Source of the DNA: an uncultured Burkholderiales bacterium
GTDB lineage: Bacteria; Actinomycetota; Acidimicrobiia; IMCC26256; JACPCJ01
NCBI GenBank assembly: GCA_964615175.1
Contig: CAZTOV010000003.1
Location: 3,708-67,707 of the forward strand
Length of the DNA stretch: 64,000 nucleotides
Direction of reading: 5' to 3'
In this document: piece after piece, positions 63,979-64,000 of the stretch
How the letters are laid out: every line of letters starts with the position of its first letter
Position numbering within the stretch: position 1 is the first letter of the stretch
Program-made: the position numbers and the translations under genes
The notes under the pieces: model-generated
Database searches by the model: none
What the model was told of the DNA's origin: nothing
The model's input: only the letters and a program-made list of their open reading frames with translations

Positions 63979-64000
63979 GACAGCCTCTACGATCACGCCG

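Overview
High-GC actinobacterial-type chromosome segment (spot count 44 G+C in the 60 nt at 9001-9060). No rRNA and no CRISPR array were seen.

(1) Core, 1-14.6 kb: a class E-like sortase with two paralogous FN3-like membrane proteins. Next is a DExH/DUF1998 helicase flanked by two perfect palindromes that differ only by compensatory changes. Then come LCP and DedA envelope genes, and a translationally coupled topA-MFS-tmk-holB block ending in tRNA-Thr(CGU).

(2) Accessory segment, 14.6-60.17 kb: it is bounded by a 34-nt direct copy of the tRNA-Thr 3' half (attL/attR-like). A chimeric junction at 45.13-45.25 kb suggests two tandem islands. No integrase ORF is visible. Contents:
- an ISL3 element nested in an IS481-family element, with an 8-bp target duplication;
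- a lower-GC block at about 22.8-33.3 kb (spot counts 29-37 G+C per 60 nt) that looks like a defence island: a SIR2-like protein with a ~295-aa insertion, a coupled small ORF plus HExxH protein, an orphan excisionase, a weak HEPN/AbiV-like candidate, and a NACHT STAND NTPase followed by an HNH-like ORF;
- a tRNA-derived fragment with short repeats;
- two paralogous SARP-BTAD / class III cyclase / STAND / TPR proteins bracketing a coupled three-gene redox operon;
- TetR modules, three of them with visible operator palindromes;
- an ECF sigma with a putative anti-sigma partner;
- a STAND-SARP protein with inverted domain order next to two paralogous lipoproteins.

(3) Right flank: a class F sortase with a DUF3494 substrate, a CX5R phosphatase, and sigH-rshA.

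The best candidates for an undescribed system are the NACHT + HNH-like pair and the neighbouring SIR2-like and HExxH genes. All functional calls rest on motifs read by eye, and no searches were run.
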